Notes: a model not told the origin generated them from the sequence alone. Counted from the first letter of the stretch, positions 1 through 11,297 are shown. The stretch: DNA of 64,000 bases from Opitutales bacterium (GCA_965197745.1 CBDANS010000006.1:864001-928000), one strand, 5' to 3'. Translations and numbers: made by a program.

Positions 1-118
1 AATACGTTCGTGAACTTGGGAAGCAGATTGAGGTTCTTCTTTATCCATTCAAACTGTTAAAAAGTTCGCGTCGAATTTCCATGGATGAAACACTGAAAAT
101 CAATTTTATTATTATAGT

Positions 119-1858
119 TCAAACCGTTTCAGGAATTAAATCCTGTTGGGCACGCCAAAGTTGAGCGTAGCGGCCATTGTGTTCCAATAGTGAAGCATGA
201 TTACCTTTCTCAATTATATTACCATGGTCCAGAACGACAATATGATCCGCCCGCTTTACAGTAGACAGACGATGGGCGATAATAAGAACGGTGCGGTCTT
301 TCATAAGTATATCCAGTGCTTCCTGAATCGCCTTCTCGGTAATGCTGTCGACACTTGAAGTGGCTTCATCAAGGATAATCAGAGGCGGGTTTTTCAAAAG
401 CACGCGAGCAATTGTCAGCCGCTGCTTCTCACCCATGCTCAGGCGGATTCCACGTTCCCCGATATTTGTTTTTATGCCATAAGGCAAGCGGGAGACAAAT
501 TCCCAGGAACGGGCTCCTTTCAGGGCAGTGATAATATCATCCTCGGACGCGTTCTCCCTCGCCAGGCTTAGATTGTCCTCGACCGTGCCATCAAAAAGGA
601 ATGGATCTTGTGCGACAAATCCAATATTACTGCGCAGATCGCCGATCTCTATCTCATTCACATTAATCCCGTTAATAGTCAGCGAGCCATCGGTTATGTC
701 GTAATAGCGCAAAAGAAGATTAGCGACGGTACTTTTACCCGCACCGGTATGACCCACCAATGCGGTCACTTTTCCCGAGGATAAAACAAGATCCAGATTT
801 TCGATAATTTCTTCACGTTCGGGATAGGAAAAGTAAGCGCCCTGATAAACCACTTCAATTAATCCAGTGGGAAATGGTTTGGGATGTTCAACGTTGTGAA
901 CAATTAATGGTTGATCAAGTATATCAAAAACACGTTCACCGGAAACCTTGGCCTCACTGAGCAAATGATTGAGATTATTCAGGCGATTGATCGGTTCGTA
1001 TAGCATGGAACAATAAGCAAAAAATGCCACAAACTGCCCAAAGCTAAAATCCGCATCATGAATTAGTTTATAGCCCCCCATTCCGACCACGGCCACCGTC
1101 CCCAAACTGGCTATGTAACTGGACACGGGGCTGTAAATAGACCAACGGAACATAGCGCGGAGATTATTCATACGCAGGTCTTGTGCTTGCTTAATAAATC
1201 GCCCATGCTCCCGCCCCTTTAAGGCAAAAGAATGAATGAGACGATTTCCTTGAATATCTTCAATGAGAAGACTGTTCAGTTCACTTGCTGATTCACGGAC
1301 TTTTTTCCAGTTGCGGCGTGTGGCACGAGAATGCTGCCAGGCAAGTATAAGTAATATGGGCACGGGTGCCAGGACGAGTACCGCCAATTTTGGCTCCATC
1401 CAAAAGAGCATTGTCGTGATTCCGGCAATAGTGAGAATAGCAACGCTGCCTTGTTCGGTTCCATCGAGAAGCCCGCGCTCGAGATTTTGCACATCTTCGA
1501 TCACGCGGGAAGCAACTTCACCACTTTTTCGACGATCATAAAAAGAAACGGGCAAATCTAATAATTTGGCGTGGAGATCACGGCGAAGATCGAGTAAAAC
1601 TTTCTGTTCTACCGTATTATTTACACGGATACGCAGACTGTTTAGAAATTCACGGCTGAAATAGCATGTAGCTACGAGCAATATGCCCCACCATAAGTAT
1701 TCAAAACGCCCAGCAGTGATGATATCGTCAAAGACCCATTGAATAATACGCGGCACCGCCAGGAGAAATAGCATGCTCCCCACAGCGAGAAAGAGGGTCA
1801 ACCCAAAGAGGTATTTATAACGGAAAAGATATGCTGAAACACGCCAGATAAAATGCAT
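119..1858 (-). CDS. ABC transporter, fused permease/ATPase (MsbA-like exporter)
   Basis: N-terminal TM helices; Walker A GHTGAGKS, signature LSMGEKQR, Walker B IILDEATS. Confidence 0.9.
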   Translation of the reverse strand: MHFIWRVSAYLFRYKYLFGLTLFLAVGSMLFLLAVPRIIQWVFDDIITAGRFEYLWWGILLVATCYFSREFLNSLRIRVNNTVEQKVLLDLRRDLHAKLLDLPVSFYDRRKSGEVASRVIEDVQNLERGLLDGTEQGSVAILTIAGITTMLFWMEPKLAVLVLAPVPILLILAWQHSRATRRNWKKVRESASELNSLLIEDIQGNRLIHSFALKGREHGRFIKQAQDLRMNNLRAMFRWSIYSPVSSYIASLGTVAVVGMGGYKLIHDADFSFGQFVAFFAYCSMLYEPINRLNNLNHLLSEAKVSGERVFDILDQPLIVHNVEHPKPFPTGLIEVVYQGAYFSYPEREEIIENLDLVLSSGKVTALVGHTGAGKSTVANLLLRYYDITDGSLTINGINVNEIEIGDLRSNIGFVAQDPFLFDGTVEDNLSLARENASEDDIITALKGARSWEFVSRLPYGIKTNIGERGIRLSMGEKQRLTIARVLLKNPPLIILDEATSSVDSITEKAIQEALDILMKDRTVLIIAHRLSTVKRADHIVVLDHGNIIEKGNHASLLEHNGRYAQLWRAQQDLIPETV

Positions 1859-1935
1859 TGCTAAAATAACTTGTTTATGGAGATAGATTTTGGCTTGGCA
1901 TCCCTAACAAGTGCAACACATTATTTTAACCCACT

Positions 1936-2376
1936 ATGGCAAAACCTGACACTGGTGAAGTCCTCTATGATCTTCCCTCTCCCTATGTTCCCCACACTTG
2001 CGGACTATTGCACCTCCCTCGTTTTATCGCAAAAATACGTAAACATCTGAAGGGCGAACTCCCCCCCTCCTATCAGAGAAATTTTACCCGTGGATTCGAC
2101 GGTTTCCTCTGCCTTCATCTTGAAGTCGATCCCCAGGAAATTATCGAGGCGGTGCGAACCAGTCATGATGATTCAGAACTTGATGCTAAACTCAAAGATT
2201 TATTTTCCGAAGATCTTCGCGTCGAAGTATGGAACAGGGAATTAGTGCATAAAGGCACCCGTGGTATGGGAAGGGAAAAGCTTGAGGAAATTAAAACCGA
2301 AATGGGAATCGCGGACCGCTCAGACCTGCAATCATTTGCTGATATGATCGAATATGATGAAGATCGTATAGACTGA
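1936..2376 (+). CDS. DUF5069-like protein
   Basis: 146 aa ORF with GLLHLPRFIAKIR and C-terminal IEYDEDR resembling DUF5069. Confidence 0.65.
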   Translation: MAKPDTGEVLYDLPSPYVPHTCGLLHLPRFIAKIRKHLKGELPPSYQRNFTRGFDGFLCLHLEVDPQEIIEAVRTSHDDSELDAKLKDLFSEDLRVEVWNRELVHKGTRGMGREKLEEIKTEMGIADRSDLQSFADMIEYDEDRID

Positions 2377-2479
2377 CACTCGGCAATTTATTCAGTTATT
2401 TGCTGCCGACAAAAACGATAATTCTTAAGCGTATACATTAACCCGTTCTACCCCCAATATAGGGGATAATGATAAGCCT

Positions 2480-3682
2480 ATGAGGAAACCGACGATCGCT
2501 GTATTAACTCTTGCCGTAGCTGCATTTTTTTTGCTCTTTGGTTATGAATGCGCGCGTAGCGCTTCGGTCTCACTTTTTCTTGAAACTTACGGAGCCCATC
2601 GATTGCCGGTGGTCCTGGCACTGGGACCAGTGGGAACCATAATTCTACTCTTTGGTTATGGCAGGTTGCTCTCGCTCGCCGGGACTGAACGCACTCTTTT
2701 TTTTACCACACTCTTGTCAGGCTTGGGTATTTTAGTCTGTTACCTGGCAATAAGCCAGGGGAGTAAAGTGGCAGTGGGCGGTGTCTATGTGCTTCGCGAA
2801 GCCTATATCGTCATCCTCATCGAACAGTATTGGTCATTTATTGACAGCACGCTCAAGTCTGACCAGGCGAAAAATATCAATGGACCAATTTGTGGAATAG
2901 CTTCACTTGGAGCCATTAGCGGCGGCTTATCAGTTGGTCAGTTAAGCGGGTGGTTAGGCACCGATTACCTTCTTCTTCTCGCCGCATTCTCTTTGATTCC
3001 GGCCGCTTTTTTTTCCGCTCTTGCATTCCGGTTAGGGGGAGAACCAACCCCGCCTTCAAAAGATCAGCATGATAAACGTGGGGCTCTCGACTTAAATCTC
3101 TTTCGAAGAAATCGGACCGTTCTGCACATTGCTTATCTTATTATCCTGACGCAAGTAATCGCCACCGTCCTCGAATTGCGATTTAGCAGATCCCTCGAGG
3201 TGGCAATACCGATGATGGATGAAAGAACAGCATACCTGGGAAATTTCTACGCGCTGCTCAATACTACTGCCTTCATATTTCAATTTATAATAACTCCCAT
3301 AATGCTCCGGTCCTTATCATTGCGCCAAGTTCATATGGTTATCCCACTCGTACACATAACTGCTTGCGCCATACTCATAATACACCCTACCCTGTTAGCG
3401 GGAGCCGGAGCTTATCTCCTCTTCAAAGCATTAGATTATTCAGTATTTCGTGCGGGAAAAGAATTACTCTATATCCCGCTATCATTCAACGCTCGTTACC
3501 GGGCTAAAGAAGTGATAGACGCCTTTATTTACCGTGCCTCGAAAGGTTTAACTTCCGGATTCATCGCATCCGCGGCGATACTGTTTGGTCGATTGCCAGG
3601 TGTGATTTATCCATCTATAGCCGTTCTCTCATCCGTGGTCTGGTTATATCTAATAAACCAACTTACGCGTAATCATAAATAG
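2480..3682 (+). CDS. MFS-fold NTT/TLC (Npt1/Npt2-like) nucleotide transporter
   Basis: ~12 TM helices; KALDYSVFRAGKELLYIPL and YRAKEVID motifs typical of NTT-like carriers. Confidence 0.7.
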   Translation: MRKPTIAVLTLAVAAFFLLFGYECARSASVSLFLETYGAHRLPVVLALGPVGTIILLFGYGRLLSLAGTERTLFFTTLLSGLGILVCYLAISQGSKVAVGGVYVLREAYIVILIEQYWSFIDSTLKSDQAKNINGPICGIASLGAISGGLSVGQLSGWLGTDYLLLLAAFSLIPAAFFSALAFRLGGEPTPPSKDQHDKRGALDLNLFRRNRTVLHIAYLIILTQVIATVLELRFSRSLEVAIPMMDERTAYLGNFYALLNTTAFIFQFIITPIMLRSLSLRQVHMVIPLVHITACAILIIHPTLLAGAGAYLLFKALDYSVFRAGKELLYIPLSFNARYRAKEVIDAFIYRASKGLTSGFIASAAILFGRLPGVIYPSIAVLSSVVWLYLINQLTRNHK

Positions 3683-3828
3683 ACCCAGCGTTACTGTTGG
3701 CTATGCAGAAGATAAACCGTAATCACTCTGGACCATGGGTGGATTAGCACTATTCATCATCAACGCCAATTCCACCGTATTTAATTATCAACGTAAAAAC
3801 ATTCTTCAAACCAGGATTATTCAATCAA

Positions 3829-4821
3829 CTAATAAGATTGGGATAATACATCATCTTCCATAATTTCCCCGGATTCGAGTACTTCGAGATTTACGAGCTG
3901 ATTAATTTGCTCACGCACCCTATCGCTGCTTAGAATTCCATAGCTTTCACCCCACAGATCATGACCTATAGCCAGCTTATCGCGAATTATAATATCCCGT
4001 GAAAATTCGAGGAATTCATTTTCTACCTCTCTTGAGATTTCTCGATTTGCCTCAATCATCGCTTTATGCGCCGGTGTGAAATCACCCTCCAGATATTCCT
4101 GCCAACCCTTGGTGAACGCACGCATAAACCGATTTACCGCTCCCTCGTGGGTCTTTAAAAATTCGGTGTTAGCTGCGAGGACAATAGAATTCATATACCC
4201 GCTATCCCAGAGGTTAAGTGATTTAGGTTTCACCCCTTCTTTTTCAATAAAATAAAACTCGGCAATATAAAATCCCTCCTGAATAAATTCTTTGTCAGAA
4301 ATAAATTGACCGAGACCAAAGTTTTGAGGAATGACATTAAAATCGATACCATATTTCTTTTTCACATACGGGATATAAAGCGCTTCAGTTCTCGCCATTA
4401 TCGTTTTACCATTCAGTTCTTCAAAGCTGTTTATTGGATTATCGGCATGGAGCATGAGACCAGAAGGAGAATTATGAAAAACCGCACCAATAATTTTCAC
4501 GGGTAAATCTTCGGTCGCGGCGAGAATTATTTTTGTGCTGTCTGATTGTCCTATCTGCGCGCGCCCTGAAGCCAGCATTTGCGTGACAAGGACGTTGTTC
4601 CCACCACTGACTAAAGTGACATCCAGGCCCTCATCCTTAAAATAATCATTTGCTAAGGCCTGATAGAGCCCCCCGTGCTCGGGTTCGGGAAACCAGTCAA
4701 GTTGAACCGTAATCGGCAATAACCCATTCTTCTCGGTGACAGATTGAGAATTATTATTGCTACAAGCTGATGCCAATAAAAACACCGAAAAGATAAGAGG
4801 AGAAAATAGACTGCGTTTCAT
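3829..4821 (-). CDS. ABC substrate-binding lipoprotein, NMT1/THI5 family
   Basis: Lipobox LASAC; DWFPEPEHGGLYQA motif. Confidence 0.85.
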   Translation of the reverse strand: MKRSLFSPLIFSVFLLASACSNNNSQSVTEKNGLLPITVQLDWFPEPEHGGLYQALANDYFKDEGLDVTLVSGGNNVLVTQMLASGRAQIGQSDSTKIILAATEDLPVKIIGAVFHNSPSGLMLHADNPINSFEELNGKTIMARTEALYIPYVKKKYGIDFNVIPQNFGLGQFISDKEFIQEGFYIAEFYFIEKEGVKPKSLNLWDSGYMNSIVLAANTEFLKTHEGAVNRFMRAFTKGWQEYLEGDFTPAHKAMIEANREISREVENEFLEFSRDIIIRDKLAIGHDLWGESYGILSSDRVREQINQLVNLEVLESGEIMEDDVLSQSY

Positions 4822-4948
4822 ATATATTAACTCAAACTTCCCCTTGTATCACTGTGAATATAGAAGAAAAGGATATATGCTTGTTAATGTGTAAATTGTT
4901 GAATAAGCATCATGGACTAGCTCAAGATGCTAGTGGAGCAGCTGCGTC

Positions 4949-5320
4949 ATGAATACTCCTGATTTCGATAAAATTATTATTCGCGAACTTTCTGTCCATG
5001 CAAAAATCGGATACTCATCCGATGAGCGCGCCTTTCCCCAGCGCTTATTGCTAGATATTGAACTTGGCATAGGCCCCTGGCAACCCGGCTCGCAGGAGGG
5101 GGATCTTGGCACAACCATATGTTATTCTACGGTGAAAGATTTAGTGGAAAAACATATTCAAAGTAAGAAGTGGATTTTATTGGAAGAACTGACAAACGAT
5201 ATTTGCTCATTGATTTTTGAAAAATACGCGTTGGCCAGGCAAATAAAAATAGTGGCAAGAAAGTTTGTTGTTTCCGATACAAAATGGGTGGGAATAGAAA
5301 TAATACGTAACCGTCCTTAA
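4949..5320 (+). CDS. folB: Dihydroneopterin aldolase
   Basis: DKIIIREL..HAKIG..ER..QRL.LD, TICY, LLEEL, RK motifs. Confidence 0.8.
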   Translation: MNTPDFDKIIIRELSVHAKIGYSSDERAFPQRLLLDIELGIGPWQPGSQEGDLGTTICYSTVKDLVEKHIQSKKWILLEELTNDICSLIFEKYALARQIKIVARKFVVSDTKWVGIEIIRNRP

Positions 5321-5346
5321 GAAATCCCAGTAACAGCCCGCAGTCT

Positions 5347-6639
5347 ATGCATGCTAGAGAATTCAATTTCTCCTTCTGGAAAGATAGCATCGCTCGCGAT
5401 CCCGATAAAGCAGCGCGCTGTTTTTTCGATCGCATAAAATCACTTCCTGAAGACGAACTTACTGCCTCCATTAGTTCCTTCATAGATGAAAGTAGATTAA
5501 TTGAAAGTTTTGCGAATGCCGCTGACAACCTTCATCGCCCTCTGGGGGGCGTCCCCTTTTTCCTGAAAGACCTCTTCGACGTCGCCGGTTACCCGACACA
5601 CTGTGGATCGAAAGTTCTTCCCGATATTGGAGAAAAACCTGAAAAGTCTTGTCCTCTTTTTAAAGACATTACTGAAGAAGGTGCGATATATTGCGGTAAA
5701 ACCCAGATGAATGAATTTGCTTATGGTCTCGATGGGCTTAACCCGCACTATGGGGACTGCCCGCATCCACACTTTTCGGACCGGTTAAGTGGGGGATCAA
5801 GCAGCGGATCAGCCTGGGCTGTGGGAAAGGGTATTACACCGTTGGCCTTTGGGACCGATACCGGTGGGTCGATACGCGTTCCTGCTTCATTCTGCGGAAT
5901 TTACGGACTGCGTTTACAACCCAAGCACAAATGGGTTGACGAAGGCTGTTTTCCTCTGGCTCCTACTTATGATTCAGCCGGTTGGTTCACAGCGAGCGCT
6001 GAAGATATGAAAGTCTGTATCGAAACCCTGCTATCACCTGAGCACGACAATAAAAAATTGCGCGGCCTATACTTCGACGACGCAGGAATAACCATTGATA
6101 GTGAAGTGCAGAAAAAATATCGCCAGATGGCAGATCAACTTCAGCTGGAACGAAATGATTCAGTAGAAAATAGATTAACCGCTATTTTCAACAATTCAGA
6201 AAAATATTATGCCGTTCTGCAAAGTTGCGAAGCCTATACTATTCATAGTAAATGGTTAGACAACCAACACGAGCATTACGATCCAGCAGTCTGGCAGCGA
6301 ATTAACCGCGGCCGTTACTGGAAATCAGCGGTTATTGAAGAAGCAGAGAAGCAACAGGAACATATTCGTAACACCCTGTCTGCGATACTCAAAGAATATG
6401 ATTATCTTGTCATACCATCCGTCCCTTGTCACGCGGTAAGAAAGATTGATTTGAGCCAGGGATTTCGAGAAGGATTATTGAGACTGAACACCCCCGCCAG
6501 CATGGCCGGTTACCCGGTGTTAACTATTCCTGTATATTTACCCGACGGGTTAAGTGGTGGTTTGCAGGTAATTTATGCTGACGCTGACAGCCAAATACCA
6601 ATTAACATCCTCGACAAACTAATCAATTCGAGCGACTGA
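5347..6639 (+). CDS. Amidase signature family enzyme
   Basis: KDLFD, GGSSSGSA, GTDTGGSIRVPA. Confidence 0.9.
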   Translation: MHAREFNFSFWKDSIARDPDKAARCFFDRIKSLPEDELTASISSFIDESRLIESFANAADNLHRPLGGVPFFLKDLFDVAGYPTHCGSKVLPDIGEKPEKSCPLFKDITEEGAIYCGKTQMNEFAYGLDGLNPHYGDCPHPHFSDRLSGGSSSGSAWAVGKGITPLAFGTDTGGSIRVPASFCGIYGLRLQPKHKWVDEGCFPLAPTYDSAGWFTASAEDMKVCIETLLSPEHDNKKLRGLYFDDAGITIDSEVQKKYRQMADQLQLERNDSVENRLTAIFNNSEKYYAVLQSCEAYTIHSKWLDNQHEHYDPAVWQRINRGRYWKSAVIEEAEKQQEHIRNTLSAILKEYDYLVIPSVPCHAVRKIDLSQGFREGLLRLNTPASMAGYPVLTIPVYLPDGLSGGLQVIYADADSQIPINILDKLINSSD

Positions 6640-6697
6640 CAACCAAAACATTTGCGTATAAAATACCTGTTTATAATTCATCGATAAATTAAACACG

Positions 6698-6731
6698 AAA
6701 AAGCCGCCGGGCTCTACCCGGCGGCTTTTTC
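6698..6731. terminator. Bidirectional intrinsic terminator
   Basis: AAAAAGCCGCCGGG-ctcta-CCCGGCGGCTTTTTT hairpin after the amidase. Confidence 0.85.
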
Positions 6732-7294
6732 TTACCAAACTACAAATTAAAACTGTGAAATTATCTTCCTTTGCTCAAAAAAAGTATATGATTAGTTAGT
6801 TGGACGTAATTTCATATGAAACGTTCAATAAAACATAAATTATTTAAAAAAATATAAAATAGGATGATTATTCAGTGTCTGGCATATTTATATTAAAAAT
6901 ATGTTAAAAATAAATGGAAATGATAATACACCTGCTAAATTCTCTATAGGACTTATTGCAGAAGTAATTTCAGCGTGTCTATTAAGGAAATAATATTTCC
7001 TATTTATATAATCATAATAGCTGTAAAGGTAACTTCTCTTACAAGGCACTCAGGAATTTTGGGTCATCAGATGATGACCTTGATACTGGATAAAATGAAC
7101 ATTCCAAAATTCTCCATTCAATCGCTAAGCGAGGGAAACAACCTTGCAACAATGTCGCTTTTACTATTAAATGCGATTTTTAAAATATTATAGTAGATTG
7201 TTACGAGGACATTAGAATAAATCTATAATATCACACATACTAAGCAGAATGGACCTTTGAGAAGGAGCTCATCAGCTTATACTTTAACGCTATT

Positions 7295-8404
7295 ATGATT
7301 CCATTTTTAGATTTAAAAGCGCAGTACCAAAGTATCAAAGAAGAGGTTGATGAAGCCGTATTAAAAGTACTGGAAAGCTGCCAGTTCGCACTGGGAGAGG
7401 AAGTAACTTCGTTTGAAAATGAAATGGCCCGTAATTGCAATGTCACTCATGGGATCGCCGTTAACTCCGGGACCAGTGCTTTGCATCTTGCTTTAATCGC
7501 TGCAGGTATTGGTCCAGTGGATGAGGTCATTACCGTACCTTTTACTTTTGTTGCCACCGTTGCCGCTATTGACTACACCGGTGCCACCCCCGTTTTCGTG
7601 GATATTGAACCACAGACCTATACCATGGATGTGGGTCAGATTGAAGGTGCAATTACTAAGAAAACTAAAGCAATTGTCCCCGTTCATCTCTATGGTCAGG
7701 CCGTTGACATGGATCCCATAATGGAGATTGCAAAGCGCCACGGTCTAATCGTTATTGAAGATGCCTGTCAGGCCTATGGTGCGGAATATAAAGGTGTACG
7801 CGTCGGGGGAATTGGTGACCTCGCCTGTTTCAGTTTCTACCCTGGAAAAAACCTGGGTGCCTACGGGGAAGGGGGTATCACCCTGACCAATAATGAGGAA
7901 TATGCTCGGATCATTCGTATGATGCGCAGTTGGGGTGAGGAGAAAAGGTATATTCATAAACTGAAAGGATTTAATTATAGAATGGATGGGATTCAGGGCG
8001 CGGTGTTAAGAGTAAAACTACGCCATATAGAAGGGTGGACAGAAGCCCGTCGCAATCACGCTAAAAAATATGATGCCCTCCTGAGTGAAACTGATTTTAT
8101 CACCCCATATGAGTCCCCGCACAATCGCCACGTTTATCATATTTACGCGCTTCGCGTCCCGCACAGGGATTCTCTTCGCGAAGCACTTGAGGCAGAGAAT
8201 ATTCAAACCGGAATCCATTATTCTATACCCGTTCACCTTCAGCCTGCTTATCTCGATCTTGGCTATAAGCCAGGTGATTTTCCTTGCTCAGAAGCAGCAG
8301 CAAAAGAACAACTTTCACTTCCTCTATATCCTGAAATGGCGACATCGGCTCCCCAGACCGTATTCGATGCGATAGTAAAGTCTGTGCCTCAGGTTACTCA
8401 TTGA
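7295..8404 (+). CDS. DegT/DnrJ/EryC1/StrS sugar aminotransferase
   Basis: NSGTSALHL, EDACQA, SFYPGKNLGAYGEGG (PLP lysine). Confidence 0.93.
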   Translation: MIPFLDLKAQYQSIKEEVDEAVLKVLESCQFALGEEVTSFENEMARNCNVTHGIAVNSGTSALHLALIAAGIGPVDEVITVPFTFVATVAAIDYTGATPVFVDIEPQTYTMDVGQIEGAITKKTKAIVPVHLYGQAVDMDPIMEIAKRHGLIVIEDACQAYGAEYKGVRVGGIGDLACFSFYPGKNLGAYGEGGITLTNNEEYARIIRMMRSWGEEKRYIHKLKGFNYRMDGIQGAVLRVKLRHIEGWTEARRNHAKKYDALLSETDFITPYESPHNRHVYHIYALRVPHRDSLREALEAENIQTGIHYSIPVHLQPAYLDLGYKPGDFPCSEAAAKEQLSLPLYPEMATSAPQTVFDAIVKSVPQVTH

Positions 8405-8421
8405 GGGACAACTTATAGATA

Positions 8422-9195
8422 TTGATGTCAATTTCTAATAAACCGGGATTTATCATCGGCGGAGCCCCACGATGTGGAACTACCTGGCTGTATCATTTAT
8501 TGGAAAAGCATCCCGAGATCTTTATGGCAAAACCGATACAGCCGGAGCCAAAGTTTTTTCTCGTCGATGACCTCTATGCGCACGGAATTAATTTTTATCT
8601 TAGCAACTGGTTTTCTGACATCGGTAATGTTAAAATAGCGGGTGAAAAGAGCACAAACTATTTGGAAAGTGCGGCAACCGCGAAACGGATTCAAACGCAT
8701 TTTCCAGGAATAAAGCTTGTCTTTATCTTACGTGAACCTGCGGAACGGGCTTTTTCAAACTTTCAATGGTCACGTGTGAATGGCCTTGAAAATGAGGATT
8801 TTCCCAAGGCCCTGGAATTGGAAAGCGAACGCGAAAAACATTTGCCTGATGCTCTTCGTTTTTCCCGGCCCTATGCTTATTATTCCAGAGGGTTATACGC
8901 CAATATGCTTAAACCTTATTTCGACCTCTTCAGCCATGATAATATTCTATGTTTAAAATATGAGAATATTAAAGATTATCCCGAACACCTGGCTGAACAG
9001 TTGCACCGTTTTCTTGGCGTTGAAATACGCTCCATTGACTCACAAAATATCGGGGTAATAAATCCTTCGGTAGTTAAACCAAATAAAGAGTCGATACCTG
9101 ACAGTATCATTAAAAGATTAAAGGAGCGCTATACCGAGCCAAACGCCAGGTTGGCTCACCTCTTAGGTCCCGACTTCGAAATCTGGATGAATTAA
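8422..9195 (+). CDS. PAPS-dependent sulfotransferase
   Basis: GAPRCGTTWL 5'-PSB loop and LREPAERAFS 3'-PB motif. Confidence 0.88.
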   Translation: MMSISNKPGFIIGGAPRCGTTWLYHLLEKHPEIFMAKPIQPEPKFFLVDDLYAHGINFYLSNWFSDIGNVKIAGEKSTNYLESAATAKRIQTHFPGIKLVFILREPAERAFSNFQWSRVNGLENEDFPKALELESEREKHLPDALRFSRPYAYYSRGLYANMLKPYFDLFSHDNILCLKYENIKDYPEHLAEQLHRFLGVEIRSIDSQNIGVINPSVVKPNKESIPDSIIKRLKERYTEPNARLAHLLGPDFEIWMN

Positions 9196-9199
9196 TCTT

Positions 9200-10171
9200 A
9201 TGAGCCCCCATTCCGAAAAACCCTGTGTCTGCCTCCTTACCCCTGTTTACAATGAAGAGGATAATCTTCAGCGCTACGAAGAGGAAGTGAAGAAGGTCTT
9301 ATTGTCATCTAAGGTATATAATTTTAAGATCCTTTTAATTGATGACGGCAGTAAAGACAGAAGTTGGCAATTAATCCGTGAAATATGCTCACGGGATTCA
9401 AGATTTACAGGCATACGTCTTTCCCGAAATTTTGGTTCTCATATTGCGTTGAGCGCCGGCTTGGACCAGGTTGAGGGCGATGCTATTGGAATACTGGCCT
9501 GTGATCTTCAGGATCCTCCTGAAGTTATTCTCAGATTTCTTGAAAAATGGAGAGCGGGTGCAAAAATTGTTTGGGGGCGACGACAGACGAGAGATGATGG
9601 GTTCTTTCGCGTTTTAGCAAGTAATACTTTTTTCAGGTTGATCCGTCGATATGCGATGCCCCATGGTTCGAAATTTACGACGGGCAGCTTTCTTCTTATG
9701 GATAGACAAGTCGCAAAGTGTTTTCGCAGTTTTGAGGAGAGCAACCGCATCACATTCGCACTCGTAGCCTGGACTGGATTTGACCAGGAGGTTGTGAACT
9801 ATCACCGCAATCCACGGATTGCTGGCATCTCGGGGTGGAGTTTTGGCAGAATGCTCAAGACAATGTATGATGCTTTTATTGGATTTTCCTTCATGCCCGT
9901 GAAAATAATGACGATGACTGGAATTTCTGCGTTTCTGATAACCTTCATTCTCTCCATGTATTTATTGATATGCTGGTTCATGAAACAAACGATTCCAGGT
10001 TGGACCAGCCAGATGCTGGTATTGGCTTTCTTTTTTGGTGTCCAATTTTTATTGATGGGACTTATGGGCGAGTACCTATTCCGGATTTACGCGGAAGTAA
10101 TTCGACGACCCCTTTACTTTGTAAGCGATAAAATCAGTTCCGATGGCAGAGATAAAAACGATGCCAGTTGA
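9200..10171 (+). CDS. GT2 polyprenol-phosphate glycosyltransferase (GtrB/ArnC-like)
   Basis: PVYNEE, DDGSKD, SRNFG, DLQDPPE, two C-terminal TM helices, RRPLY tail. Confidence 0.9.
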   Translation: MSPHSEKPCVCLLTPVYNEEDNLQRYEEEVKKVLLSSKVYNFKILLIDDGSKDRSWQLIREICSRDSRFTGIRLSRNFGSHIALSAGLDQVEGDAIGILACDLQDPPEVILRFLEKWRAGAKIVWGRRQTRDDGFFRVLASNTFFRLIRRYAMPHGSKFTTGSFLLMDRQVAKCFRSFEESNRITFALVAWTGFDQEVVNYHRNPRIAGISGWSFGRMLKTMYDAFIGFSFMPVKIMTMTGISAFLITFILSMYLLICWFMKQTIPGWTSQMLVLAFFFGVQFLLMGLMGEYLFRIYAEVIRRPLYFVSDKISSDGRDKNDAS

Positions 10172-11297
10172 AGAATTGACCACAGTCTCAGTTAAAAACC
10201 ATTCCAAGAGGCCCCATCTAGATTGGATTGATGGTGATTCTTTTATACTCCCGACCAGGTTGCTCGATAATCCCTTGCTGGTGGACCAGATAGATTCTAA
10301 TGGAACCTTAACGGTAACGGATGAAATTCCTGAAATTAGTCCTGAAGTTGCCACAACTTTACGACTGCATGCCTCCTTTAATGACCGCAAACCAGCATCC
10401 AGCCGTTTTCCCCTCTCCTACCAAATTGTTCCGCCGAGCGTTCGAATGATTCTGGCTTCTGCCATCGGTCGATGGAAACGCCACCAACAAGAACGGTGGG
10501 CAGCATTTCCTCGATGGCCAATAGACTTGAGCGCAGATTTCCTCGACGATTTGTTGAGCCCTTACCCTTCACCTTTTGCTCTTGGTCCAACCCCTGTTAT
10601 TTTATCCCATGACTTGGATTCACCTGAAGGATTGGAGAATGTAATTAAATTATTCCTGCCCATAGAAGAATCCGTTGGAGCTTGTTCAACTAATTTTATC
10701 GTACCCTGCAGTTGGTCCATAAATCATGATCTGTTAAATGAACTAAAGGATCGTGGACATACCCTTGGAATTCACGGCTATGACCATAGCAATACGACGG
10801 CGTTCTCAAATTCTGAAGATCGGAAAAAACGGCTTTATGCGGCACAGACCCTTATTGATGGTTACGCAATTAAAGGTTATCGCTCTCCTTCTCTTATACG
10901 CACACGAGAACTGATTAAAGACCTGGCGTCAATCTACAGCTATGACAGCAGTATTCCGACATCAGGTGGATTATTTCCCGTACCTAATAACGGATGCGCA
11001 AGCGCCCGCCCGTTCAACATTGAGGGAATTATTGAAATTCCACTAAGTATGCCAAGAGACGGGAGTTTGCGTTTTTTAGGTTACAGTCCAAACGATATTT
11101 TTGAAACATGGAAATCTTGCGCGGATATAATCTCCCGTTCGGGTGGCATTATATTTTTACTCACTCATTGTGAGTATCGCTTTTCCGGTAATCCATCTAT
11201 GCTTGAAGCATACCAAAATTTTCTACACTATATCAATGAATCCGATGCGTTTACCTGGAGCACACCCGCTGATATTCTGGAAAAATTCTGCGGTTGA
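10143..11297 (+). CDS. Polysaccharide deacetylase (CE4/NodB-like)
   Basis: LSHDLD, GIHGYDH, GYRSP, YDSS motifs. Confidence 0.8.
   Translation: MAEIKTMPVEELTTVSVKNHSKRPHLDWIDGDSFILPTRLLDNPLLVDQIDSNGTLTVTDEIPEISPEVATTLRLHASFNDRKPASSRFPLSYQIVPPSVRMILASAIGRWKRHQQERWAAFPRWPIDLSADFLDDLLSPYPSPFALGPTPVILSHDLDSPEGLENVIKLFLPIEESVGACSTNFIVPCSWSINHDLLNELKDRGHTLGIHGYDHSNTTAFSNSEDRKKRLYAAQTLIDGYAIKGYRSPSLIRTRELIKDLASIYSYDSSIPTSGGLFPVPNNGCASARPFNIEGIIEIPLSMPRDGSLRFLGYSPNDIFETWKSCADIISRSGGIIFLLTHCEYRFSGNPSMLEAYQNFLHYINESDAFTWSTPADILEKFCG

Noticed and set aside
6740..7290. 72-aa ORF or ncRNA in an AT-rich spacer
   Set aside because: No motifs; more likely the promoter region of the glycan operon.
9133..9139. 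Other TACCGAG/TTCCGAG matches in ordinary genes
   Set aside because: Frames are intact and no hairpin follows; chance matches.
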